Assembly (NCBI RefSeq): GCF_902459465.1
Contig: NC_047074.1
Coordinates: 124,001 to 188,000, forward strand
Origin: Asterias rubens
Taxonomy: Eukaryota
DNA: 64,000 nucleotides
Direction: 5' to 3'
The notes under the pieces were generated by a model, which made no database searches, was not told the DNA's origin, and worked only from the letters and a program-made list of their open reading frames with translations. The position numbers and the translations under genes are program-made. Positions within the stretch are counted from its first letter, which is position 1, and each line of letters starts with the position of its first letter. Below, piece by piece: positions 27,966 to 41,850 of the stretch.

Positions 27966-30900
27966 GGGGCGGGAGGTAGTTTACCGCCATGGTTTACCCA
28001 ACAAATTTTGGAGCCGTCCAAGAGAACCGAAGCAGACTTATAAATAGATTCAGGCTGCATCATGTGCAACACACAAAATGAGAACTGACACAAAACAGGG
28101 TTAAAATATATGAGAAACTGCTAACAATTTAATTCTTGAAATAAGAACAAAATATGATTTCAAGGAAAACATTCTTTAGACACTTCCAAGAATGATAGAG
28201 TTGTGTGATGTGCAAACTTGCCCTATGAAACAGCTGACCATGTTCACCGAAACCTACCCATGAAGATTAATCCAATGAACACAACATGAATAAATAAGTT
28301 TATTCTTAAGGAAGAGATGTTATTCTTAAGAAATAAGATGTGATGCAGTTTTAATGTGCTCTGATCCTACAAATATTTAAATAGCAATAAGTCATCTCTT
28401 TAACTTGGCAGTAACGGCAAGCAACAGTTGTGAGTCAAGGTAAAAGAAAGTTCATCTATTTCTGCTCAGCATTCTCTTCAATCACATAGACAACGTACTA
28501 TTCAGACTTTTTATATCATTGTGGACATATCATACGCCAAATAAACCAAAATGACAAGCAACACTGCATGATTGGACTACAAAAAAGATGCATTCAGGGC
28601 TAGTAATTGATTTTTTTTTCTCTCACACCCAGTTCAGACAGAGAGTAGCGATGGATTTTACAGCAAGTCTATAATTTGTATCATGCAGTAAACCTATAGT
28701 TTGCCAAAAGTGCAAGAACATTACATTTCATGCACAATACTGTACTTGTAGGCCTACATTGAACATGTAAGGCCTACATGTATGTTATTTGCACAATACA
28801 AAATTAAATGAAAGGACTAAATAAATTATGGTTTTTTTAATATAGGGATAGGAAATATGAGACACAATTTTACTTCTGTTTCTTCATTACATCAATATGA
28901 ACGTCTTGCCTGATAAATTTGATGGAATTTCAAAACATTAAATCATCTAAATTTGAGCAGTTCCTGATGAAAAAACACAGACAGTGTCAGTAATCTTTCA
29001 CTGTTTGGTTTGTCTTGTTGTCATTCAATACCAGACACAGAAAAACAGGTTACCCAACCACTCCTTCAAAGCAATGCTTCCAAGAAGGTAAGGGTCAGTC
29101 CAAAGCTTGCCCCTAAACGAAAAAAAAATCCTAAGGAATTTTGGTGGTTGACATAACATCTCCTGATGAGGGTGTGTGTTGACACCATGGTCTACACCCA
29201 CATTGGATTGGACATGTCTACACTAGCTCACTATTAACCAACATCATGGTTCTGTGTCTCTGCCATACCACCCACGCAACCCTTCAGCTTTTCTTAAAGA
29301 TCATGTACAGCATTTCTTATTTATAGGAAATAAGACAGACAACCTTCGACAAAACTCTCTTGTGTTTAAAGCTGAACTGGTATCAATCACTACATGACAG
29401 CATGATGTATGTTCTTGTGTTTGACATTGTAGTCAATAATATTGAATAAGTATGGCTTTGGATAAGAAAACAGATAGAATTGCTAAATTTTGAACCGAAC
29501 ATGCATTTTAACTGGTAATAGTTCGCCTCGCTGGGTGATTTAATTACACATCCTTCATAAACAATGCAGAAAAGCCTGAAGTACCATTTCTCAGAATCGA
29601 GGCCTTTCGGACAGAAATACTTAAAAACAAGAAAAGTTTTTCTACAAGCATCCAGATTTTTTACAAAGGTGCACATTTTTCACAACTACACAGAAACACT
29701 ACACCTGTCTTACTTAATCCATAAATGTCAGTGTGTTACCAAAACAAAATACTTCCTTTCTTGTGACTAATACTTAGTCATATTTTGTCCCTGAGTGATG
29801 AGGGAAAAGAACAAAACAATGGGAATATATCAATACATTACTTCTATCCCTTGCATTAATTTTCACATAATTCAGTGTGTTGCGATGAGAAAGGTTACAG
29901 GGATTAAAAGGTATCAACATTCTATTTCAGTGTCATCTAAGTGTTTGTATTTATTTGAAATTCTTGGGGTTGAATCTTGGCAAAGTTCCCTTTAAAGATT
30001 TGTTAGTGAGAGTGGTGAATGAGTAAGAGAGAACACTGTATGATTCAGCATTATCAACACTGATGTGTTATGAATGCAGTATCCGCTAACCCTAAACCCA
30101 TCTGTCATACCATTACACACTGGGACCAACTGCAAGGAATTACAAATGTCAACATTTGGTCTTTCAAGTATTACTACAATGTCTGTCATTTTTCTGAGAT
30201 ATCCTACTCAGTGTAAGATGATATGAGACAACATTGGTATTTGATTTTTACATTTGAATGGCAAATCATTCTGTTGTCCTGTCATGTCTCAGAGTGTGGC
30301 GTCCGGTGCAAGATCAACTGTGACAAGTTTTAAAAGGCAATGTTTTAAAGATTCTTCTAAGATAGTACGAATTTCAAGTTCATGCTTAATGTTGAAAATG
30401 TGAGTGTGTTGACTGTTGAAATAATTACAGTACCAAATGTTGGCAAAAACAAGAGCAAGTAATAATTGATGAGAGAGTAAATTAACAATTATCTGGGACC
30501 CACCACATTCTGATTATCTGTGCCCCAAAATATTTAACAGTTGAGCGCCAGCAATGAATCAAAAAGAGGGCGTGTCCAGCATGATGGACGAGGTCACCTG
30601 TACTATAAAAAGCAAGCCTTTTCTCTATCACTGTACCATGCTTGTTATGAATGCTTTCTTAGCATCATGACAAAACAGAAACACAACAGTTTCCCACAAT
30701 AGCTATGTAAATGCAGAATATTCCAAGGATACCGAGTATCTATTGTTGATGTTTTGCCATTACGTGCACAAATGCATGTTCTTCCAAAGGGGGAGGGTGG
30801 TCCTGTGAATTTCAGGCATAATATGCACACAACCAATATTCACAAAAACACATAAACTAAATAACCTTAAGAATGCCCCAGATTGCACTCAAGCCAAAGC

Positions 30901-31980
30901 CAAAGATAAACACCAATGGTAAAGACAATCTGGGGACCTCGTTTCGATTGAGGGCACAAGTTCCAGAATGCCCCAGTTTTGTTAAGTCCTTGAGTGAATT
31001 TTAATATACTGTGTAAACTACTTATGTTGCCCCATGAACAAACTAGAATTCATAAGTACCCAAACAGACTGTATAACTTTCCTTGCCAGTCCCAACAATG
31101 TTCCTCTGTCCCACGATCAGAAGTTACATTAATTTCTTAGTTTCAAAGCCAAGTTGAGAAAGTGGAGTAACAGTAAGTGCCTCCATTATGAACCTGCACT
31201 GTTTATCACGGTTCACACACAATTCTGTCAATATGCCAGTAAGAATCAGATTACAAGTATGCAGTACAGTATTGCACCATAATGCACGACTGTTAAGATT
31301 ATTTCAAAAGCTCTCAGACCACCCCCCCCCCCCCTCCCCTAGGGAGAAAAGCTTCATTTATAGCGCCTAGATTCTTAGTCACTGTACTTTGATAAGGAAT
31401 CCAGGACAATCAAAGATTAACACAAATCCACATGTTGCAAGGCAACGTACTAGTGGTAATGTCAACACTGCACAGACTAGGCATGCTAGGAGTACAATGT
31501 GGGACTGCTGTAGGCATACCTACATGTACTGTACATGAACATGATAAACGCAAAGTACATATGTACGTGTATGTGATGAATGTACATGTTATGCCTGGCC
31601 AATAGTCTACCAGATTCTCACTTCACACATGTGTACATTCGTCTTCAACATTGTGCCTCCAAGATTGTAGCTCAAACGTGTACATTGATTTTTATTTAAT
31701 CAAACTAACATTTATTTATTGTCCATGATTTTAAAATGCAGAGCATGCTCACAAGATTAGCAATTATCTAAATTTTAAATTACACATTATTAAACCCAAA
31801 ATTCATCAAACAAAAAATAAGAACTACCACGTTAAAGAGTGTTTTTGTCCGCACTAACCATCTTTGCCTTCTGGCCCTTTAACTCACAATATTCTAATAT
31901 AATAGGGACGGACTGGTGTTTTTTCCAGCATCCATTAAAATATTCTGATTCAAAACGGAATTATAAATACATAGTAAACT

Positions 31981-32153
31981 TCTCGTCTTAAGGTGAATGT
32001 ACTTTCCTGAAGACGAGCAGAGAATACCGTTTGAAATGTCGGGACCACACCAGCTCTTTTCAGAGCCAACACTTCTCCCAAAAGAGATTTACACATGATT
32101 ATACTCCCAAGTGTAGTTATTTTCCACACCATGCAAAGCTTCAAACATCACTT
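31981..32153 (+). mobile_element. Short retroposon with hammerhead-like core, copy A
   Basis: CTGAAGA at 32007-32013, GAAAT at 32033; tail CAGAGCCAACACTTCTC..AAAGAGATTTACACATG..CCATGCAAAG shared with copies B and C. Confidence 0.7.
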
Positions 32154-32911
32154 ACTCTGATTTAAATGGTTGAAAAACAAAGGTTCAAACTTTAAGTAAA
32201 CTGCCACCAAGGTCTAACTTTAATGGCGCTTCTATAAGCAAACACAATCTAGCACTCTTCAGCGGTTAAGTAAAGCACCTGGGAGCATTGGATTTGGCGC
32301 TATTTCTAAGTGGCATGGTACGTTCTAGAGTTCAAAGAAAAACCATACCTGGCTTAATTATCTACCAACCCTTCACAAATCTTTTAAGCTAATAATGATA
32401 ACCTAAAGTGCAGTACACCCTGTATTATCTACAAGTATACTATACCACCAAGTCTTTAAAACGAGTCAAATATTTGATTTGTTTTTGGCTAATGATTCCA
32501 TGCATACGTAATACTTGTATTCACACCTCATGTATTGTTTAACATAATTCTGATTGTGCCCTTAATTAAAAATCTTCCCAAATGACCATATATAGATAAT
32601 TAAAGGCACCACACTATGTCAAATGAAGGGACTCTTCATGCATTACAGATCACTCTGCAATGTCAAGATAAAATTACAACAGCTGGTATTTTGCAGCTGC
32701 AAAAACCATGTGGTGATTAATGCTGTATTGTTCATGTAGAAGCATATGAACTCTTTACCCAAGTTAATAATTGACATCCCCAGTCCACCAGACATGGAAG
32801 GTATGAAACTTCACCAGACAGATGACCTACATGTGTTTTATTGCTAAATACTTTATTCTCTTTCAGTAGTTAAAGAGTATGTATTTTTATATATTTATAT
32901 TTGGTATAGTA

Positions 32912-33924
32912 TAGGGCCACTGATTTTCCGCGATCGCGGAAAACGGACGGAATTCGCGGAATCTGCCCTTTGAAACGGAAAACGGGATTTCAGAAAATTT
33001 GATTTTTTTTCCTTTTTTTTTTTTTCTTGTCTTGACGCCAAAACTATTGAAATTGCACTCTTTATTAAGATTCTTTTTGTTAAACTAAAAAAGCATCAGA
33101 AATCAGACCATTAAAAAGTACGAGATCGTATTCCGTGGATCATTCTGTTCTACTTCACACCATCATCCATGTTTACACACACCATGTACACACGTTGTTA
33201 ACATGGTTCAGCCATGGAGGTAGAATTAGCGAAGGGCATTATTCGCGGCACGTTTTTAACATTTTTTGTTCACCCAAATTGCATTTTCTCCCTCTCTTTT
33301 ACCAACAATAATACACAAACTAGCTTACCTATGATCTATAAGAACACATACAATGTTTTTTCATCTCGGAAAGGTCTAAAATAAAACCGTAAACTGTCAA
33401 CATTCTGTCGCCAAAGCGAAAACAAAATGGCTGACATTTTGTTTGTGGATGGAGAACGGTCACGTCCATAGACTTGTTCCCAAGTCTTTGATCATGCTGA
33501 AACAGCGCCCTCTTGTGGATACACTCCTGTTATTAGCCTACGATGTGGCTGATGCAGAGAATCAACTGCAGTTTTAGACTTGGAATCAAGTCTATCACAT
33601 CATGTGCATTGATACTGCAGTTACAGTGCAACCTTTTTACCCTGACTACATGTTTTTGTTTCATCGTATACAAAATAATCCACAATTTAAAAAAAAAAAA
33701 TTAAAGTATTTTTTTGAAATTGTTCAGTTCAAATGAACATTTTACGAAGTCAGCAGTGTAACTTATCTCAAATTGATTTTTATAAGTGTGTCTGTCCCTG
33801 GGTATTAAATAACCTTTTATCTAATTAAAAAAACATGAAACGGAATTTTTTGTGCCTGAAACGGAATTCATGTTTTTGCCAAACGGAATTTGCACTTTTC
33901 TGAAACGGAAAATCAGTGGCCCTA
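32912..33924. mobile_element. Non-autonomous hAT-like DNA transposon, ~1 kb
   Basis: 19-bp perfect TIR TAGGGCCACTGATTTTCCG / CGGAAAATCAGTGGCCCTA with clustered subterminal AAACGG. No clean 8-bp TSD, no ORF. Confidence 0.8.
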
Positions 33925-35376
33925 ATGGTACTTGATGTGAAATTTTTATGTCATTTTTGTCATTGTGCCCTTTTGTGCCTTTGTTATTTTTATTGTCTGG
34001 ATCGCCTTTAGATAGTGATTATTTTCGCTTTTTGGTTATCCGCAGGCTTGTTTTCTGTGTAGTCTTACTTTTATTGCCTATTCTTTGTATGTACTGTTTG
34101 CCTGGAAATAAATAAATAAATAAAACAAAATAAATAAGGGTTACATGATGTATGTATCTTCTTTAAAGTGTAAAATGTATACAACACAATGTTCATAATT
34201 TGTATAATGACAAATAGGCTACCTAAAACACTAATTTGGGAAGTGAATTTAATGTACAGTACATAAAGGCATTAACAGACAGTACCAATGTACACATTCC
34301 AATCCTTAGATTTTCAAGACATGCTCCATGTACATACTGTAATGTACATGTTGTAATGTACATTTAATGTATTTGCTTTGAAAACAAAGAAAATAAATAA
34401 TTCCTATCTCCTGCCAAGTCTGGAATTTCACCTCTTTAAAGGGCCAGACCTGTCCTTTGATAACAAACCCTTCTTATAATAGTCCAAACATGAGACTGGT
34501 TTACAAGGACATCAACACCTTTAAACTCTACTACATGTACTTCTGAATTATGGAACTCACAAACATACAATGAAGGTCTACATAACATGTGCAATCTCTA
34601 ACCCTTTGTTTAAGATATTAAACCCATAGTGCATGTACTACATTACTTGAAACTTAATAGCAACATCCTTCATAAAATGATTTATTGCCCACAGACAGCA
34701 GACGGGACAGCTGCTTTAAAGAGGCTAGTTAGTGCAAAGGAATTATTGTTCAACTATATACGAGTAAAAATTAAAACAAGTATCTAGGCACTTCCAGTAT
34801 AACACTCAAAATCCTGCAGTTTGGGTAAGTCAGTGTTGAAACTAAGAGAAGGAATTATAGAATTGAACAACCAAGGGAGAAAGATTGAAGTTTAATTAAA
34901 GGTCAAGTGTCACAACTGAGAACAGTGTAACACTGAGCTGATTAGCAGAAAATATATCGTTAATTAATAGATTTGCTGTTAAGGCAACTCTTAAGTGTGG
35001 AACCAGTCATTGTAGTTCATTTTCTCCACCAAAACTCATAAAGAAGTCAGAGTTTGCAGAGGATTCAATAAAAAAAAATATTTTTAAAATATTCTCAACT
35101 CAACTACACAACAATAACAAAAAGTAAGCTATTCCAATATTTCACACTTGTTTACTTTTGTCAAATATTTTAATCATGCATGCAACAGGAAAAGTGAAGC
35201 CAGCCAAAACATTGTACTGAGTCAGAATTTCCAAAAGCTTTTTAATGAAAGCACAGCAATGTTTTTTATAAGCGTAAACTGTCAATATGTGAGAGAAACT
35301 TTGCAAAAGCTGTCATTTAGTATTAACACAGAAACACCCATAAAATGCCAAAATAATTTTTTTATGTTAATCTTAC

Positions 35377-35508
35377 CAAGTAATGCCTGGAAGAGACGAC
35401 TTTTAAAGATGCGAATGACACGTTCGATGGCATTGCGAAGCGGTCGATCTCCAGGCTTCGTCAACTTGGAATGATAATCTTCCAATAACTCCAACGCCCG
35501 ATGGGCCT
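35377..35508 (-). CDS. dlg1: Dlg exon 2, L27 domain
   Basis: Acceptor TTTTTTCACAG, donor G|GTAAGA. Encodes [44 protein letters not shown], near-identical to the Drosophila DlgS97 L27 domain as recalled. Confidence 0.96.
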
Positions 35509-35995
35509 CTGTGAAAAAAAAAGTAGATGTAACAAATTGACAATTAGAGTGAATAGTATGACTTAACAAAATATAACTAGCACAGGTACATTCACATGCA
35601 TGATTGTAACGTATACATAATTAAGTTGAGATGATTTATTTTTATGACTTTTTTTTTAAAAAACAGTAACCTAACAATCAATAACAAAAAATCAACTGAT
35701 AAAGGAAGCGTTATCACCTCACACAAAATCTTATGTGTACATTAAAACAGTACACACTTGGTCATGATGTATGACTATTTATTATTAAAAACACTTTACA
35801 CCATTTGTGCAAAACCAAGTGAAGCTCTGGTGGTAAAATTGTAATTAAAAAAGAACCTGTAAAACAATGAACACACACACAAGATAATTTTAATTATTAT
35901 AGCACCTAGTAAGGTCAATATCTAAAATTAAATGTAATAATTTTCTTGTTCAACACGCCACAAGTGTGAAATGTTTGACAGTTCCAGGTTTGACA

Positions 35996-36170
35996 ATAGA
36001 CCTTATGCATTGACGTCATCCAGCCGCCATCTTAGAGGAAAAACGGTGACGAAACAATCGAGACGCACGGATTTGTACACGCGGAGTCCAGGATTGGCCA
36101 ATGAACAACCTCCTTTTGACCTCTAGGTGAGAGCGCCCTACTGAAATGACGTCATGTGCATAAGGTCTAT
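35996..36170. mobile_element. 175-bp MITE with ATAGAC...GTCTAT ends
   Basis: ATAGACCTTATGCA-TTGACGTCAT versus ATGACGTCATG-TGCATAAGGTCTAT. Confidence 0.85.
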
Positions 36171-36306
36171 AGGATGCTACATTTCCGAAATGCTATGATT
36201 GTGTTCATATTGAAACCTCCCAAAGTGGTATGATGTTGAAAAGTACATTACGCACATTCTGAAGGTCCTCAAAAATGGTATCTTGATATGAAGTTTAATA
36301 AAAAAA

Positions 36307-36478
36307 GCTTTAATTACTGAACAAATTGCAATGCTTAAAAATGTCATGGAATCTGTTTACAGGGCTTTAATTACTGAACAAATTGCAATGCTTAAAAATG
36401 TCATGGAATCTGTTTACAGGGCTTTAATTACTGAACAAAATGCAATGCTTAAAACTGTCATGCACTCTTTTTACAGGG
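36307..36478. repeat. Tandem repeat, 3 x 57 bp
   Basis: GCTTTAATTACTGAACAAA... at 36307, 36364 and 36421. Confidence 0.95.
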
Positions 36479-39400
36479 AAGACTTTTGTTCACTTTTAGT
36501 TTTGGTTTAAAACAAAACACTCCATTGCAGTAATGTGGACAATGTACACATCTCTGCATTGTGTTACTAACCAGAGTATCGGTTTGGTGTTAATATTCTT
36601 ATATGGACCGTTTCAAGAGGAAATATACAGAAATAAACACAAAACAGTCATACATGGGGCATCAATTGTCGAACACCAAATTCCTTGATTGTGATTGTGA
36701 TGAACTACAGTGACTAATTTTACTGACTTTCTTTATCAAAACAGCAAATGCATCATTCAGTGTTGTCAATGTTGGGAAGAGGAATGACCCCAAGATATTT
36801 AACACAAGTATTGACTTGTACTATAGTTACAGTACACTGTGAACTGCACCACTGTACAAAAGCACCCCTGATCATGCTTTGCATTATGTATACTTGACAT
36901 AGGAATGTAAACAAAAAAATGCCATCAGGAAAAGGACACATTGTTGATGCAATGAAACAAATCACCATCTGTGTCTGAACAATGTCCCTAGTCTTTCTTG
37001 AGAAAGACCCTGCTAAAGTCAAAATGTCAGGCCACTATATACTATTATTATTTTGCCTTCATACCTGGATAGGTCATTTTGGTTGGTAAGCCATTTACAA
37101 GCTATTCTGTTTTCTCATCCACCACAACTAACAATGATGTTGGAAACCTTAAGAGGATCGACCAGTGAACAAGTCAACAGTTAATTGGCAAGCTACATGT
37201 AACTAGTCCTGATGGCTAGTCACTGAAAGGTTCAAAAGGAAAACCTGTAGGGTAAACAGTAATGAGGCAAAAATAATAATTTACTGAACAAGGAAATGGA
37301 ATACCCATCTCACCATACCACACCAATGCACATTTTGTGTTCAGCTTACAAACAATAGTCAATTCTATGTTTACAAAAGAGTCAGTGCTGAAATATGCAA
37401 TTTGACCTTTGATCTTTGGTTTCAACATGTAATAAAAGTGCTATAGCTAAATTGTTTTATAGTCTTTTCAACCTACAATCATACTTGATTGTGTGCAGTG
37501 TCCATATGTAGGACACGTTGGTACTGTGATTAAAAACAAATGCATGAATCATCGTTTCAAAATGTGTAATTTAACTCATTGTTCTTACTTCTAAAATCAT
37601 CCAACTATTGCAGTCAATTTATTGTGCAACTAAAACTCAACAAACGTTGCAAAAATTTCATTCCAATAATTTGTTCTATTGTGGACTATTTCATTCCCCA
37701 CCTCCATGACTATATTATTATATAGAATTCCCTTCTGCCTTTCCACCATCTTAAGACAATATGACCAAATTGCACCCTGAAGTACAAACAATCATAGATC
37801 TCGCTGCATAGCATTATGGAATCCCAGGCAGAGATGATGTACCATTGACATGATTGAAGGTCACATCTGCAGATGAAAATAGCTGTCAATAGGTTAAAAG
37901 AACTGCTTTAAGTCATTACCAACAACAACAATAATCCTTCCACTGGAAAAGACAACAGAGCACAAATCTAACTGCTTTAATGGTCACAGCAAAACATGCA
38001 TATTTGCATAGCATTAACAAGAATTGCATGGCAACCAGCACCATGAAATCACAGCAGGCCCGGATCAGGCTTTAGAGTATGTCAAGTTTTTGGTAAAATG
38101 AAAAATATATAAGCACTAGGAGCATTCATTATGGCTTGATTAACAACAGGAGGTGTGATTTAAGCTGTTACATTGGTCAATACCTTGTTGGTTCGTGAGT
38201 ACAGAAGCCTACTGAGTCAATAAATTTAGGTTACATTGTGATCAATCTACTATTTTAAAATCACAGAGAACTCAACTTGTCCTTGAAACAGGTCATGAGT
38301 TAAAATACAAAGTCACACCTTGTTTAGACTGGTTCCCTCTAGCTGACTTTGTGTGTTTAAATAATTATTGTTTTTCTGGCTAGGGATTTAGTTTACTGAT
38401 GCATAAAGGTGGCTGCTGAATCCTGGCTTAATTAAATGCCTCAGAGAAATAAACACTGATAAGTCAAAGACTATACATTTTCCTATTATTACTTACATTT
38501 CAATAGGCTTACACATTGTGTTTCATATTACATGTAGGGCCTACTGTGTTTAAATTTACTTTGTGAATGGAAAATCAATGTTATGCTTGTCCTTAAAATT
38601 GAGTGTAACATCATCAGCTCTGTGCTCTTTTCCCAGGGGTTTAGATGAATTTTACACCAGGGTATCTTTAAAATGCACTGTTGATATTAAAAGCATCATC
38701 AAAAATTCATAAAGAATCTCAGTCTGGCGCTAGTAAACTGCAGTATACATGTAGTTCATAATTAACTTGTATTTTTTAATCTAAGAGTAGATTCAAATGG
38801 GAAGGCTTAGGGGGGGGGGGGGTACTAGACAAACATGTATGGTCCGGTATAAAATCAGATTGTGAGGGAAGGTTGGAGAACAGACAAATTACTTCTAACT
38901 GATTGGTTTTTTATAGTTTGAATCCTGACTTCTCTGACTGTACAAATGACTGATAGTTTGAGTACAGCACAGGGTCCTCTAGCACTGGTGTACAATACAC
39001 ATTGACAACTTCAGCACAGTGAAATCCTCAGGAAATATGTCCTATTTAACAAAGGGTTGAGTTATCCATGGACATGTAACAGACATCATGGCATAATTGA
39101 CATAAATGCATCGTGATTCAAACCTTAGGGTTGTCTACTTGAGATGTATTTTCACATCACAATGTTTTATTGTTTTCTGTGAGAGCCCTTGATACTTCAG
39201 AAGTACACCTGAAACTAGAAACAGTTTGTTGTGTACATTTGTTGTGTACACCTTATTTCATGTATTTCTGTGAGCTTTTTTACCGACATGTTCCCACGGC
39301 CTGCTTACTTTTGCACTTCATAGTACGATATTACTCACACGTGAGGCTTGTACTCGTATAGGAAGAAGAAGTACATACAATAAGTCAGCAATTTACTTAT

Positions 39401-40415
39401 GTTTTATACAATCAACATAAAGCCCTAATACTTTAGTTGAGAACACAGAAAACACTAGGCTCATAGAGGAAACAAGTTATACCCAGGCCAGGAAGGCTAC
39501 ATTGTGAGTTCTGACTAACACTAATAGATGGGTCTGTGTAGCCTAGGTAGCTTTAATGGTGGAGGAAGCCTCTAATGTTTTGAAAGGACTTCCTGTGTGA
39601 CTTTAAGTAGGGAACTTCCTGTTATTAAGTTATTTTTATAACATTTTTTTTTTAAATGAAGAACACATTATTTTCCATGGTCAAAGTTTTCATGAGTTAT
39701 CCAGATCAGGTCAGGCACATAACACATTTGTAGAACATGTAGTCCTAAAAAACAATCACTTTGAAAACCGTCAGCCTCCCAAACTGAAGAGTGAAGACTA
39801 ACCCAAATAACAGGAGTTTGTTTATCACCAGGCTCGGCACATTTCTGTAATAAATATTATTACAACTTTTTGGTTGAGTGACCAATTTGCTCATGGATAA
39901 TGGAACATACATGTAGGTATAATTTTCTAGTGTAAAAATTTTCGTTATCTTCGAGTTTGAGTTACATTGTTTAGAAATTCAGAAAGCGAAGCATCCGTTC
40001 CAACAGCTGTTTTTATGTTTGATAAAACGATTTTGGGGGTTGAATAAAACTTGACTTTGTAGTAAAATCAATAATGTGCATACTGTAGTTTGAGTGCAAT
40101 GACAATAATATTACTAATTACATCCTTGTGTACATGCACAAATCAACGCATGGCTTTGTTCCTATTGTTGTTAGGATGTCAGTAATTGCATATGTTTTAA
40201 GTACAGTTGTGTAGTGCCTGGAATTTCACATGACCTACAGACACCAATGCATTGGACCATGTTGTAGAACTTGTCCTGTTAGTGGCTGACAAAATGTATA
40301 ATTATTTAACCCTTGTGCTGTGGTCAAATCCAAGGTTTCTATATTTTTTTAGTTGTGACAAGATTTTTAACTGTGATTTTTTGTGTGTGATTATGTTGCA
40401 TTAGCAAGTCAGGCA

Positions 40416-40548
40416 AAGTTTCTGTATGGTGCCGCCACCACTTTTTCATTTGATATGAAATAATATAGTAATAATTTACCTCAACCTTCAATGAGATATC
40501 CCATTTTGTAAAAATAAGTGAAAAAGTGGTGCCGCCATACGGAAAGTT
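40416..40548. mobile_element. Small MITE (GCCACCACTTTTTCA family), copy 1
   Basis: Inverted ends GTATGGTGCCGCCACCACTTTTTCA / TGAAAAAGTGGTGCCGCCATACGG; interior is the reverse complement of the 55144 copy. Confidence 0.8.
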
Positions 40549-41087
40549 ATAAACTTAATATCCCCAAGTCACCCCTTTTAGCTATAGGCTTTTTTATTTA
40601 AATGTTTACACATACATGTAGCTACATGCATTCACCTACATGTAGCTAGCTAAGCCATGGAGGGTCTACCCACCACACTCCATACTCTCAGGTGATGACG
40701 CTACCTCAAATAATAACAACTTAAATCATAAGAAGAAGCATGACTAGATGAAATATGGAACGAAACATGTAAAATTGATACAAAATCAATTTAACTATGA
40801 TAAATAAATTATAAACAAAAATACAACATTAACAACAGCAAAATTCACCAAATCATTTAGTTGGGCTACAGCAGTTGTTAATGTTAGACCTACCTGGTTT
40901 CACTTTCAAGGTCAAGCATATTCATATTAAATCATTATCAAGTATCATTATCAAGTATCATTAGTAGGCCCTACTAGCCTACTACAGTCATCATACTTGG
41001 AAAGATATTCATATCTAGTTGCAATAACGTAACCCTCCTCCTGGCGGCCGTCGTTACGTTATCGCAATTCATTCAATTCAATCATTC

Positions 41088-41267
41088 ATATCCTGCCACC
41101 ACTTTTTCATTCATTTTTATCAAACTCAAAGACAACAGTATCTGACTCTTCTTGCTTGATTGATGTCGAGGGAGGAAGAGTAAATTCAGAACCACAATTT
41201 TATCTCATCCCAAATATAATGGCATTATATTAAATAATAACGAATGAAAAATGGTGGCAGGAGATAT
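41088..41267. mobile_element. Related MITE-like inverted repeat, copy 2
   Basis: ATATCCTGCCACCACTTTTTCATTC / GAATGAAAAATGGTGGCAGGAGATAT; interior differs from the other copies. Confidence 0.6.
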
Positions 41268-41339
41268 TTTCCCCTTTTTTTTTGGGGGGGGGGCTTTATT
41301 TTATACATACATAACAATGTTTAACCATATTATACAAAC

Positions 41340-41358
41340 CTTGTTTTCGCACGGGCAT
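41340..41358 (-). CDS. dlg1: Discs large (Dlg/SAP97) MAGUK, coding exon 1 (MPVRKQ)
   Basis: ATG CCC GTG CGA AAA CAA G|GTTTGT on minus strand. MPVRKQ is the known N-terminus of L27-containing DLG1/DlgS97; the phase-1 end fits exon 2. Confidence 0.9.
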
Positions 41359-41759
41359 AATTCCAAGCAAATTTGATCGTAAATCCTACGATTATCCGAG
41401 GAAAAAGAGTTAAGCTCCGTCTCACGAGTCACCAGTTGCGACGCATGTAGCAAACACTCACACACGTACACAGCAGACGGCCCGGCCCACACGCGCACGG
41501 TATGGGATTGTAGGCGCGTAAATAATCCACAAACTTTGCTGATACACACACGACACGTTACAACACTCCTCCAGTGAACGTCCGTGAAGTCCAAACAACA
41601 CTCCTTCAAATAAAGCAATATAAGTAGAAGACAACCAACCAACTTGTAGATATAGCACCCTATGAAACAGAGTAGGTCTCCTATGCCTTGAATGTTTCCA
41701 ACAACGGTGTAAATGTGTACGGTTCTTTAAAGTTTATGTGGCGTTGAATGTGCTGGTTA

Positions 41760-41850
41760 TTTACTCGAATGGCAAAATGGCGACCTCGAGTGACCGCGCG
41801 TCGACTCTCGATCACGTGACAATGGTGACCTACTAACCTTTGACCTACAC
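41760..41850. promoter_or_regulatory. Putative bidirectional promoter between Dlg and TMEM126
   Basis: CpG-dense patch between divergent genes, with YY1-type AAAATGGCG (41774-41782), E-box TCACGTGA (41812-41819) and DR1-like TAACCTTTGACCT (41834-41846). Confidence 0.55.

Noticed and set aside
29163-29195. CTGATGA-G-GGTGT-gtgttg-ACACC, the first half of a hammerhead
   Set aside because: GAAA is missing; at most a decayed relic of a different family.
36307-36478. Direct-repeat arrays (also 1894-2090 and 44044-44372) as CRISPR
   Set aside because: Units are contiguous with no unique spacers, no cas genes, eukaryotic context.
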